A stretch of 60,920 bases of DNA, taken from contig JBGAJQ010000008.1 in the NCBI GenBank assembly GCA_044224875.1, positions 60,064 through 120,983 of the forward strand, read 5' to 3'. The notes under the pieces are model-generated. The model did no database searches, was not told where the DNA came from, and saw nothing but the letters and a program-made list of their open reading frames with translations. The translations under genes were made by a program, and so were the position numbers. Below are positions 49,359 to 59,074 of the stretch, piece after piece. The stretch's first letter is position 1; the number at the start of each line of letters is the position of its first letter. Source of the DNA: Gemmatimonadaceae bacterium. GTDB lineage: Bacteria; Gemmatimonadota; Gemmatimonadetes; Gemmatimonadales; Gemmatimonadaceae.

Positions 49359-51230
49359 TCACCACGTGCGTCGGCTGGAGATCAAGTCCGTCAGCTCCTC
49401 GGCTGGGCGCGGGGCCGAGAAGTAGTAGCCTTGGCCAAGGTCGCAACCCATGGAGCGAAGGAGTGCCAGTTGCTGTGAAGTGGTGATTCCCTCTGCCACG
49501 ACGTCCATCCCCAGGGCGTGCACCAGACCAACGATCGAACGAACCACTTGCAGGGGGCGGTCTTCAGAGTCGATCACGCTGGTCGTGGCGCGGTCCCCTA
49601 TCACCGCATCCAGCGTCAACCGGTGCAGGTAGCTCAGCGCCGAGTAGCCGGTGCCAAAGTCGTCCAGGTGAATGGCCACACCGAGCTTGCGCAGTTCGGC
49701 GATGGTGTGGAGGGCTGGATGCCCATGCCCGATAATCGCGCTTTCCGTAATCTCCAGCTGCAGGGCACTGGGTTGCAGCTGTGTCTCCCGCAGCACGGTG
49801 GCCACCTGGGCCGCCAGGTCGGGCTGCGCAAACTCGCGGACCGACAAGTTCACGGAAAGGCGCAGGTTGGCCACCCCTGACGCCAACTGCCATTGGCGCA
49901 CCTGACGGCAAGCGGCTCGCAACACCCATCGCCCCAATGGCACAATGAGCCCCGTCTCCTCGGCAACCGGGATGAACTCACCCGGCGGGAGCGGCTTGCC
50001 CTCCGCGATCTGCCAGCGCACCAGCGCTTCCACGCCGGCCACCTCACCCGTCGACAGCGACACGATCGGCTGGTAGTGCAGCACGAATTCTTCCCGGTCC
50101 AGGGCACGGCGCAAATCTTGTTCGAGCTGCAGCCGGGCCAGCGCGTCTTCATGCATGGCGCGGTCGAACATCTCAAAACGCGCTCGCCCGGAATTCTTGG
50201 CGCGGTACATGGCCATGTCCGCATTCCGCAGCATCCCTTCAGGCTGGGCGTGACCCGAAGAACTCAGCACAACGCCGATGCTCGCCGTCGCGCGGTACCC
50301 ACACCCGCCCACCGTGAATGGCTCGCGAAGGGCCGTTTGTACGCGCTCGGCCACCATCGCGCTGTCCCTCGCATCCGCCACTCGCTCGAGCAGGATCGCA
50401 AACTCATCGCCCCCAAGGCGAGCCACCAGGTCACCGCCGCGGACACAGTCCTCCAACCGGCGAGCCGTCGACACGAGAATCTCGTCCCCCGCCCGGTGAC
50501 CAAAGCGGTCATTCACGCCCTTGAAGTCGTCCAGGTCGAGAAAGAGCACCGCAAACAGGCCGTCGTCGCCGCGTTTCGCCCGCATCGATGCGTCGGTGAG
50601 ACGACGCATGAACAGGGTACGATTGGGCAGCCCGGTGAGCGCGTCATGCAGTGAGTCGTGTTGCAGCTGGCGCTCACGCGTCTCACGCTCGGCCAAGGCG
50701 CGGCGGAGCTGGATCTCGGTCGCGGCCATGTCGGCGACGTCGCGCAACATGCGCATGTGCGTCTCCGACCAATCCCGCGGCTCCGACGAAAACACGGACA
50801 GCACGCCTAGCACGGTGCCATCGGCGCGCGTCATCGAGGCCGACGCCATCGCCACGATGCCCAGCTCGCGCGACGCCCCACGGAGCGGATCCTGGTCCGT
50901 CACATGCCGGGCATCACGGACCGACAGCGCGCCTTCGTTCTCGATGGTTAGTGAAAGGATGCCCGAGCGGACGATCGCCCCGCAGTCATGCGACATCCAC
51001 GGCAAGGGATTGCTACCGAATTGAAAGCAGCGTCGATCATTGCCTAGTAATGCAATTACGCCAGATTCCGCCCCGGACGCATTTACGACCATCCGCGTCA
51101 TTCGCTCCATCGACGCCGCCAACGTCCCACCCAGCAGGGTGCGATCTGGCGGACTCGACGGGGCCGATAGCGGGAGGTCCCGCGCGGTCAGAAGTGAGAT
51201 CACAGAAGGTTGACGCATGCGAACAAGCAC
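49359..51230 (-). CDS. GAF-GGDEF-EAL c-di-GMP enzyme
   Basis: GAF region, HDALTGLPNR, RLGGDEF, VEALVRW, EITES, DDFGTGYS and QGYYFS. Start may be ATG 51218. Confidence 0.9.
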   Translation of the reverse strand: MLVRMRQPSVISLLTARDLPLSAPSSPPDRTLLGGTLAASMERMTRMVVNASGAESGVIALLGNDRRCFQFGSNPLPWMSHDCGAIVRSGILSLTIENEGALSVRDARHVTDQDPLRGASRELGIVAMASASMTRADGTVLGVLSVFSSEPRDWSETHMRMLRDVADMAATEIQLRRALAERETRERQLQHDSLHDALTGLPNRTLFMRRLTDASMRAKRGDDGLFAVLFLDLDDFKGVNDRFGHRAGDEILVSTARRLEDCVRGGDLVARLGGDEFAILLERVADARDSAMVAERVQTALREPFTVGGCGYRATASIGVVLSSSGHAQPEGMLRNADMAMYRAKNSGRARFEMFDRAMHEDALARLQLEQDLRRALDREEFVLHYQPIVSLSTGEVAGVEALVRWQIAEGKPLPPGEFIPVAEETGLIVPLGRWVLRAACRQVRQWQLASGVANLRLSVNLSVREFAQPDLAAQVATVLRETQLQPSALQLEITESAIIGHGHPALHTIAELRKLGVAIHLDDFGTGYSALSYLHRLTLDAVIGDRATTSVIDSEDRPLQVVRSIVGLVHALGMDVVAEGITTSQQLALLRSMGCDLGQGYYFSAPRPAEELTDLISSRRTW

Positions 51231-51379
51231 GGGTCACTCGGGGCGAAGGCGTTCTCCCCTAGGCGAAGAGTGTGCCAGAGCGCCCTCGCTCGAGCCCGCT
51301 TCTCACCCTATTATCGGCACCTCGCTCCCCGAATTCCTCTGTCCGCCCACTCACTTTTCCTTCGATCGCCAATGCCCCT

Positions 51380-52537
51380 ATGACCGCTTCCTTTGACGCC
51401 ATTATCGTCGGCGTTGGCGGGATGGGAAGTGCCGCCGCCGCGCACCTTGCTTCACGTGGCAAGCGCGTGTTGGGCCTCGAGCAGTTCTCCCTCGCGCACG
51501 ACCTGGGATCGTCTCACGGCCTGACGAGGATCATTCGGCTAGCCTACTTCGAGCACCCCTCGTACGTCCCGCTGCTTCGCCGCGCCTTTGAGCTGTGGCG
51601 CGACCTGGAGCGCGCGACCGGGACCTCCCTCCTCCATGTCACCGGCGGCCTCGACATCGGTCCCGAGGGCGGCCGCATCTTCGAGGGCTCGCGGCGCTCC
51701 TGCAAGGAGCACAGCCTTCCCCACGAGGTGCTTTCCTCCGAGGACATCACGGCACGATTTCCCGCCATTGTTGTTCCTGACGGACTGCGCGCGGTGTACC
51801 AGCCAGACGCCGGTTTTCTTGAACCCGAACGCTGCCTGCAAGCGCACGTCGCCAGGGCCAGGGCACTCGGCGCGAACATTCGAGAATACGAGCCGGTGGT
51901 GGCGTGGGAGCCAACCGGCGATGGTGTTCACGTCGTCACCACCCAGGGTACGTACGATGCCAAACAGCTCGTGATCAGCGCGGGCGCATGGGCTGGCGCG
52001 CTTGTGCCGGAGCTCTCCACCCACCTCACGCCCGAGCGCCAGGTACTTGGCTGGTTCGAAGTGTCCGATCGCGATGCCTTTGCTCCCACCAGACTTCCCG
52101 TCTTTGTTCTGGAAAGCGATCTAGGCATCTACTATGGATTCCCGGAATTCGCCGTACCGGGGTTCAAACTCGGACGCTACCATCATCTCAACGAGCCGGT
52201 CGTGCCAGACCGTATCGACCGCGAAACACATCGTCGCGACGAAGCGACGCTTCGAGCCTGCGTTGAACGATATTTTCCTTCAGCCAACGGAAAGCTGCTC
52301 TCATCGAAGGTCTGCATGTTCACCAATACAGTTGACGAGCACTTCATCATCGATCGGCATCCAACTCACCAACAAGTGCTGATCGTCTCTCCGTGCTCGG
52401 GACACGGCTTCAAGTTCTGCAGCGTGATTGGCGAAGTGGTCGCGGACTTGGTTGCCGATGGCCGGACAAGACACGACATCTCCCGTTTCCAGTTCTCACG
52501 GCTCAGTTCGCTTCAGCCGAATTCATCTCCATCGTGA
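51380..52537 (+). CDS. solA: N-methyl-L-tryptophan oxidase / monomeric sarcosine oxidase family
   Basis: GVGGMGS, GSSHGLTRIIRLAY, CMFTNTVDEHFIID (FAD-Cys) and CSGHGFKF. Confidence 0.88.
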   Translation: MTASFDAIIVGVGGMGSAAAAHLASRGKRVLGLEQFSLAHDLGSSHGLTRIIRLAYFEHPSYVPLLRRAFELWRDLERATGTSLLHVTGGLDIGPEGGRIFEGSRRSCKEHSLPHEVLSSEDITARFPAIVVPDGLRAVYQPDAGFLEPERCLQAHVARARALGANIREYEPVVAWEPTGDGVHVVTTQGTYDAKQLVISAGAWAGALVPELSTHLTPERQVLGWFEVSDRDAFAPTRLPVFVLESDLGIYYGFPEFAVPGFKLGRYHHLNEPVVPDRIDRETHRRDEATLRACVERYFPSANGKLLSSKVCMFTNTVDEHFIIDRHPTHQQVLIVSPCSGHGFKFCSVIGEVVADLVADGRTRHDISRFQFSRLSSLQPNSSPS

Positions 52538-53199
52538 AAACGATCGCGCGGCATTGCTTCCGAGTCGTGCTCCTGGCTGTGCTGCTCACGCCGCGGGCAA
52601 CCACGGCTCAGCGTGCGCCTAACAACGCGCCACCTCCAGCACAGGGTGGCCCGGGGCAGCAATCGGGCATTGCCATCGACGAACTTGGGCACGACCTCGG
52701 CAGCCGCGACGCACCGAACTGGATCGCCGAGTTTCTCGACATGGGGTGCGGGTACTGTGCGCGCTTCGCCACCGAGACCTTCCCTTCGCTGGAGAAGGAG
52801 TACATCGCGAACGGGAAGATCAGGTGGAAATTCGTCCCCTTTGTGACTGGCCTCTTCCCGAATTCAGAGGACGCCGCTGTTGCCGCCGAATGCGCGGCAC
52901 AGCAGGGGAAGTTCCTCGAGATGCATGACTCCCTCCTCGCCGTGCGAAAGGAGTGGATTCAAGGCAAGCAGCCGCAGTCGGTGTTCTTGAGACTGGCCAA
53001 GCGCCTGTCGTTGGATCAACGGGCCTTCGCGACCTGCACGCGTGGGAGTGACGCCAGAACGCGCATCCGAAAGCAGACTTTGGTGGCGCAGCAAGTCAGC
53101 ATTCGCGGCACACCCACCTTCTTCATTAACGGCCGCCGCATCGAGGGCGCGATCCCACTGCCTCTCTTTCGCCAGGTGCTGGCCGAGACGACACGTTAG
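52534..53199 (+). CDS. DsbA/BdbD-like thioredoxin-fold protein
   Basis: Signal peptide, EFLDMGCGYC and GTPTFFING. GTGA overlap with the solA stop. Confidence 0.88.
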   Translation: MKTIARHCFRVVLLAVLLTPRATTAQRAPNNAPPPAQGGPGQQSGIAIDELGHDLGSRDAPNWIAEFLDMGCGYCARFATETFPSLEKEYIANGKIRWKFVPFVTGLFPNSEDAAVAAECAAQQGKFLEMHDSLLAVRKEWIQGKQPQSVFLRLAKRLSLDQRAFATCTRGSDARTRIRKQTLVAQQVSIRGTPTFFINGRRIEGAIPLPLFRQVLAETTR

Positions 53200-53235
53200 C
53201 GCGTTCGCCTGCCCTTCAGCTACAACGAGCGTTCC

Positions 53236-55575
53236 TCACACCGCGGGGACAGCAGTGTGGTCGCGGGTTACCGTCGTCTCGAGCATGCGCTGCAGCGTCT
53301 CGGCGTCCACCGGATGGCTGAAGAGGTAGCCCTGCCCAAGTCCGCAGCCCAGCTCCTTCAGGCGATTGTGTTGCTGCGAGGTTTCCACGCCCTCGGCCAC
53401 CGTGCGCAGCGTCAGCATGTTCCCCAAGGCGATGATCGTCTTGGTGAGCGCCGCGCTGTTCGCGTCGTGCGAGATCCCCGCCGTGAAGGATCGATCGATC
53501 TTGAGCACGTCCACCGGGAATTTCTGCAGGTGGCTCAGCGACGAGTAGCGCGTGCCAAAGTCGTCAATCGCCAGGCGAACCCCGAGGGCACGCAACTGAC
53601 GGAGGCGTTCCATCGCGAGTTCCGAGTTCTGCACGATCACGCTCTCGGTAAACTCGAGCACCAGCAACCGCGCTTCCAGACCGCTGTCGTGCAACGCATT
53701 GGACACGTCGCTCACCAGGGCCACATCCGTCAGCTGCGACTCCGAGATGTTCACGGTCATCGTGAGCTGGCGACCCGGGCGCTCGGCATTCCACTCCGCG
53801 GCGCGCGCGCACGCCTCGCGCAGCACCCACCGGCCGAGTTCCACGATCTGGCCGGTCTCCTCCGCGATCGGGATGAAAACCGACGGCGGCACGGTGCCTC
53901 GTTCGGGGTGATGCCACCGCATCAGCGCCTCAACGCCAGTGATCCCGCCGGACTCGAGCCCGACGATCGGCTGGTAGGCTACCGACAACTGTGAGCGCGT
54001 CAGCGCGTGGGCGAGGTCGCCTTCCAGGGACACACGGTCCACGAGTGCCGCGTGCATCGACGGATCGAACATGACGTAGTCGCCGCGCGCCTGACCCTTG
54101 GCGCCGTACATCGCAACGTCCGCATTGCGCAGCAGCTCGTCGCTCCCCTCGTCCGCGCAGGCGCGGGCGATGCCAATGCTCGCCGTCACTGTCACCGTGC
54201 GACCGCTGTCAAACTCGATTGGATTGCGCAGCGACGCCTTGATGCGTTCAGCCACAATCGTCGCGTCAGCATCCGTCCGCACGTTCTCCAGCAACACGGC
54301 GAACTCGTCCCCGCCCAGGCGCGCGACCGTGTCGCACCCGCGTGTCGCGTTGAGTAGCCGCCCGGCAACCGCGGAGAGCAGCCGGTCACCGGCACCGTGA
54401 CCCAACGTGTCGTTGACCTGCTTGAAGTTGTCGAGATCAAGGAACATCACCGCGATTTCTTCATGCGCGCGCACGCCGCGCTGCAAGGCATGCTCCACGC
54501 GGTCGCGGAAGAGCGAGCGATTCGCCAGCCCCGTCAGCGGATCGTGGAACGCCTGATGTACCAGCTCCGCCTCGAGTGCCTTTCGCTCGGTCACGTCCTG
54601 CACCATGGCGATCATGCGCACGCTGGGCGACGCATCGGCGCGCGACAACGTGACGCTGCCCCACGCCGTTCGCCCGTCGCTCCGGGTGTAACGGAGTTCC
54701 GCCGCTGCCGACTCACCAGCGACACCGGCCACGTTCTCCTCCAGCTCACGCGCCGCGTCCATTTCCTCGGCCGTCGCGAATGCGTGCGCCGGGCGGCCTA
54801 ACAACTCCGACGTGTGATGCCCCAGGAAGCGCTGGAACGCCCCGTTCGCCTCGAGGATCCGTCCACGTTCGTCCAGCATGGCTATGCCAACGGCCGAACG
54901 CTCGAACACCGTGCGGAAGCGCGCCTCGGACGATCGCATGGAATCCACCGTGGCCGTCAGGGTCCGATCGATCCATCCCGTGGCGTACGTGGAGATCATG
55001 CCGCCGACGGCGATCAACAGCACCTTGGCTACTTCATCCAGCGTGGACGTCCCCTGCGACTGCAGCGCAGCCAGCGGGTCTGCCAACAACGCCAACTTTC
55101 CCGATCGCACGAAGTACATCACCACAGCGGTGTACTGGCCAGCTGCAACGAATGCGGTGATCCCGGCGCGGCGCGCCGACCCCGTGAACGGACGGGCCGC
55201 CAGCACCAGAAAGTAGGCCGCCCAGATCGGCGTCTTGACCGATAAGTCGGGCTGCCCGAACATCCCGTACGACAGCAGCAGCACGCTGATCGCCGTCGTG
55301 TCGATCATCGCATTCAGGAGCGAGAGCGATGACCAGCGACGTTGCGGTCGATGGAAAACAAAGTGCTGCACGATCGCCCACGCCAAAACCGGCGCGATCA
55401 CCGCGACATTCGTCGCGTTCAGCGCCCCCGTCAGGTGCGGAGCGTAAAGAGCCGCCGTAATGGCCAGCGTCCCGATCACCAGGATTCGGACGCCGTTCAC
55501 GAGACGTTCCGCATTCGCGTACTGCGCCTGGAGAACGGCGGAGCGATCGGGGGCGGGCTCGGACTCGAAGGTCAA
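53236..55575 (-). CDS. Multi-TM PAS-GGDEF-EAL protein
   Basis: About 5 TM segments, PAS, HDPLTGLANR, RLGGDEF, VEALMRW, DDFGTRYS, LKIDRSF, AEGVE and QGYLFS. Confidence 0.92.
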   Translation of the reverse strand: MTFESEPAPDRSAVLQAQYANAERLVNGVRILVIGTLAITAALYAPHLTGALNATNVAVIAPVLAWAIVQHFVFHRPQRRWSSLSLLNAMIDTTAISVLLLSYGMFGQPDLSVKTPIWAAYFLVLAARPFTGSARRAGITAFVAAGQYTAVVMYFVRSGKLALLADPLAALQSQGTSTLDEVAKVLLIAVGGMISTYATGWIDRTLTATVDSMRSSEARFRTVFERSAVGIAMLDERGRILEANGAFQRFLGHHTSELLGRPAHAFATAEEMDAARELEENVAGVAGESAAAELRYTRSDGRTAWGSVTLSRADASPSVRMIAMVQDVTERKALEAELVHQAFHDPLTGLANRSLFRDRVEHALQRGVRAHEEIAVMFLDLDNFKQVNDTLGHGAGDRLLSAVAGRLLNATRGCDTVARLGGDEFAVLLENVRTDADATIVAERIKASLRNPIEFDSGRTVTVTASIGIARACADEGSDELLRNADVAMYGAKGQARGDYVMFDPSMHAALVDRVSLEGDLAHALTRSQLSVAYQPIVGLESGGITGVEALMRWHHPERGTVPPSVFIPIAEETGQIVELGRWVLREACARAAEWNAERPGRQLTMTVNISESQLTDVALVSDVSNALHDSGLEARLLVLEFTESVIVQNSELAMERLRQLRALGVRLAIDDFGTRYSSLSHLQKFPVDVLKIDRSFTAGISHDANSAALTKTIIALGNMLTLRTVAEGVETSQQHNRLKELGCGLGQGYLFSHPVDAETLQRMLETTVTRDHTAVPAV

Positions 55576-55722
55576 TGGCGGAGCGGATAATAGATGATGA
55601 CCCCCCGGATTCCTTCCGGCGGGCGACTCACATTCGAGACGCCCGAAAACAGGGGATCGTCACGCCATTCGTCCCAGCAGGAACCCCTCGTCAGGCGCTC
55701 TCGGAAGTCTCATGTTTCCCCC

Positions 55723-56856
55723 ATGGCCCACACTGTCGAGCGCCTGGTGGTCGCTGGCCTTTTGGCGTGCACCGCGGCATGCGGTTCCGAGTCACCCCAT
55801 CTCGCCGCCAAAGCGCCGCAGATTCCGCTCTTCGCGGCCGCCGACTCCACCGTCTACGCGCTCCCAAACCTCGGTGCCCAGGGCGCCCGAGTGGTGGGTG
55901 TGCACGCCTTGGGCGACAGCGCGGTAGCCGTGGTGACCTCCCTCGCTGGTGGAATCGCCCTCGGCCGAGACGGGTCGCAACTTGTTACAGTGAAAGGACT
56001 TGAATCGCTGGTCCCTTCGCACTCGGCCGTCTGCACCCAAGGTGGTTTCATCGTCCTTGGTAACCGAGACCGATCAATCGTGCACATCGGGGTCAACGGC
56101 GACGCAACGTCCTCTGGCTCAGTACCACCCGCGATCGGTCGGATCCTGGGCCTGCAGTGCGAGAGCCCCGCCGACTTGCTCGTGCTCGTGGAGGGGTCAG
56201 TTCCCGACGCAAAAACGGCGTCCTTGGTTCGCGTGGGATCCGCCTTGCTGCGGCTCAGTCGCGGCCGTGACTCCGTGAGGGTGGACACGCTCGGGTCGTT
56301 CTCTGGGCATGAACTCCTGCGTCTGTCCGCCACGGATCCGGGGACCGATCCTCCGTTTGGGGTAACCGTCCACCTCGCGTCAGGGGCGACGCGGCTTTAC
56401 GTCGCCAGCACCGACGAGTCGATGATCACCCAGCTTCAGACGAATGGCCGGCGACTGGGTGCCATCGATTTCGTGTCTGACGACGTGCCGATCGCACGTT
56501 CCCGTGTGGACTCGGCCGTGCGCGCAACCTTCGGCTCGCGCCTAACGACGTTGCCGCCGAGCGTGGCCAGCGAGATGATCGACGCACTGGCGAAGGACCG
56601 AAAGGAGCCCCGATGGGTTGGGCTGGCGGTTGATCCTGGCGAAAACGTTTGGTTGGCACTCAACGCGCCGCCCGATCGAGATGGTGACCGCGTGTGGACG
56701 ATCTTCCGGACGGACGGGGCCCGACGAGCCAAGGTGTTCCTCCCATACGACTTCGTTCTCACCGACGTTCGGCCGCAGTTTGTCCTGGGCTACGTGAAGG
56801 GCGTGCCCACCGCGCGCGCCGTTCGCAAGCTCAAGCTGCAACTGCTGGGTGGTTGA
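55723..56856 (+). CDS. Putative lipoprotein, beta-propeller-like
   Basis: Lipobox-like LLACTAAC, and a C-terminal AVDPGENVW...WTIF..DG pattern. Confidence 0.65.
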   Translation: MAHTVERLVVAGLLACTAACGSESPHLAAKAPQIPLFAAADSTVYALPNLGAQGARVVGVHALGDSAVAVVTSLAGGIALGRDGSQLVTVKGLESLVPSHSAVCTQGGFIVLGNRDRSIVHIGVNGDATSSGSVPPAIGRILGLQCESPADLLVLVEGSVPDAKTASLVRVGSALLRLSRGRDSVRVDTLGSFSGHELLRLSATDPGTDPPFGVTVHLASGATRLYVASTDESMITQLQTNGRRLGAIDFVSDDVPIARSRVDSAVRATFGSRLTTLPPSVASEMIDALAKDRKEPRWVGLAVDPGENVWLALNAPPDRDGDRVWTIFRTDGARRAKVFLPYDFVLTDVRPQFVLGYVKGVPTARAVRKLKLQLLGG

Positions 56857-57253
56857 CGTTAGGGAAAATCCACCGAGGTCTTGATGACTGTTCGCTCGGG
56901 CACACGCCACACCATCGCACCGTGGCGCAACACCCGCATTTCCGCATGCCGGCGCGCGATCTCTCCGTTGCCTGCGGCTTTCGCTTGAAGGCAGCGCAAC
57001 ACCCCCCCCGATCGAGGGCGGATGGCGACGCTTCCTTCGGATTGGCGCTGCGAATGCCGATTTGGAGCAAAAAATGGTGGCATCGCGGTGGTTGAACGCT
57101 TCACGCCGCGGCGTACCTTGCGGGACGCCGTTTCCTTGATTGAGCGCGTTCTTTCACAGCGGACGATATGACCGATTCCCCGATCGATTGACGGCAGCCG
57201 GACCAGAAGTTGCGTCTCGCTCTTGAGCGCCCCGACGCCATTCAGAAAACACC

Positions 57254-59074
57254 ATGACTGCTGACACGACCGCTCGTAAGATGGCTGATGTGATGTGGCT
57301 TGCTGCTGCGTGCGCACTCACATCTGCCGTGTACTTTCTCCTCCGGGCAGTTGGCTACCTGACAGTGGGTGGCGGGTTCGCCACCGTATCCCGGGACGTG
57401 GCCTGGATGTCGCCGCTTGCCCATCTGTTGCTGTTCGGCGCGTGCGCGCTCCCGTTCCTTGTCTTGGCGCTTTTCCTCCCGCGCAGCGCGCTGCTCAAGT
57501 GGTCGCTGGCCGCGTTCCTGGCCGTGGCATTATTCTCGGCGCTTATGCCCTGGGGCCAGCTCTCGGCCATCGCGCGACTCATCCTCTCTGTGGCGGTGGC
57601 GTTTGAGCTCGCTCGTCGATGGTCGAAGTCGGATCGCCTCGTGTTGATTGGACGTCGACTGGCCATCTCCCTCGCCGCGCTCTGCACGGTGGCGTCTTTG
57701 GCGATCGCCGCCACGCGATCCATTGGCCGACAACGAACGATTGCGGCGTTGCCGTCGGCGCCGGCCGGTGCGCCTAACGTCTTGTTCATCATTCTCGACA
57801 CCGTCCGTGCCTCGGCACTGAGTCTTTATGGGTACGAGCGACGCACGACACCGCAGCTCGAAGCATTCGCCGCCAAGGGGACCGTTTTTGAGACCGCGAT
57901 TGCCACTGCCCCGTGGACACTGCCGTCGCACGCCTCGCTCTTCACCGGACGGTATCCAGCGTGGCTGAACATCGACTTTCGTCGCCGCTTGGGCAGTCGT
58001 GAAACCACGTTGGCTGAGGTCTTGTCGAGAAGGGGCTACTACACGCTGGGCATCATTGCCAACACGAGCTTCGTGAGCTGGGAGTCGGGGCTTGCCCGCG
58101 GATTCACCGAGTTTCACGACTATCCGATCAGTTTTGAGCAGATCGCGCGCTCCACGCTTCCGGGAAATTCGACAATCGCCGAGCGTGTCTACACGGGCCG
58201 AGACCAGACGGAGAAGCGAACGGGACTGGCGCGCCAATTCGAGGTACCGCCAAAACCGCAGCACTACTTGATGCCGGCGACGGAACTGACCGACATCTTC
58301 CTCAAGTGGCGCGCCAAGCGGGACACCTCGCGTCCTTACTTTGCGTTTCTGAACTACTTCGACGCGCACTTTCCATACTCGCCTCCCGATTCCTTTGGCA
58401 AGCTGTTCGCGGCGGAGCCGAACGAGCGTGATTTGTACGACGCCGAGATCGCGTACATGGACGCTGAGCTCGGGCGACTATTCGGCGAGCTCGAACGATC
58501 TGGCGAACTCCGCAACACCATCGTGGTCGTTGCGAGCGATCATGGCGAGCACTTTGGCGAACGCGGTCTCCGCCTGCACGGGAACAGCCTGTACACCGCA
58601 ACCGTGGGCGTGCCCCTGGTCGTGCGATACGACGGGCACGTGCCGTCCGGCAAGCGCGTCACGCGCGCTGTTTCGCTTCGTGATGTGGGCAAGACCATCC
58701 TTGACCTCACCGGCGCGGCGCCTAACAATACGTTCCCCGGCGCTTCCCTCGCTCGCGCGTGGAACGACAGCGGTGACAGCATCAGCGCGCCAGTCGCTCT
58801 CCTCATGCGAGGCCCGGAACCGAATCCCTTGGCAGCGCGGAACGCGTCCACCATGCTGGCGGTGCTCGACGATCGATGGCACTTGGTCCAGATGGCGGGG
58901 AAGCGCCAGGTCGAGGAGCTGTTCGACTATCACGCGGACAAGGACGAGGAGTACAACGTGATTGGGGTAGACTCCGCGCGTGAGGCAGTCCCGCGCCTCC
59001 GTGAACAACTGCGGGTATCCATTCTGGCTGACAGGCCCGCCGGTCGCGGTCGCGCACGGGCGAAGGGAAAGTGA
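57254..59074 (+). CDS. Membrane-anchored sulfatase-like (alkaline phosphatase superfamily) protein
   Basis: About 5 N-terminal TM segments, PNVLFIILDTVRA, APWTLPSHASLFTG, FLNYFDAHFPY, YDAEIAYMD and SDHGEHFGE. Confidence 0.9.
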   Translation: MTADTTARKMADVMWLAAACALTSAVYFLLRAVGYLTVGGGFATVSRDVAWMSPLAHLLLFGACALPFLVLALFLPRSALLKWSLAAFLAVALFSALMPWGQLSAIARLILSVAVAFELARRWSKSDRLVLIGRRLAISLAALCTVASLAIAATRSIGRQRTIAALPSAPAGAPNVLFIILDTVRASALSLYGYERRTTPQLEAFAAKGTVFETAIATAPWTLPSHASLFTGRYPAWLNIDFRRRLGSRETTLAEVLSRRGYYTLGIIANTSFVSWESGLARGFTEFHDYPISFEQIARSTLPGNSTIAERVYTGRDQTEKRTGLARQFEVPPKPQHYLMPATELTDIFLKWRAKRDTSRPYFAFLNYFDAHFPYSPPDSFGKLFAAEPNERDLYDAEIAYMDAELGRLFGELERSGELRNTIVVVASDHGEHFGERGLRLHGNSLYTATVGVPLVVRYDGHVPSGKRVTRAVSLRDVGKTILDLTGAAPNNTFPGASLARAWNDSGDSISAPVALLMRGPEPNPLAARNASTMLAVLDDRWHLVQMAGKRQVEELFDYHADKDEEYNVIGVDSAREAVPRLREQLRVSILADRPAGRGRARAKGK

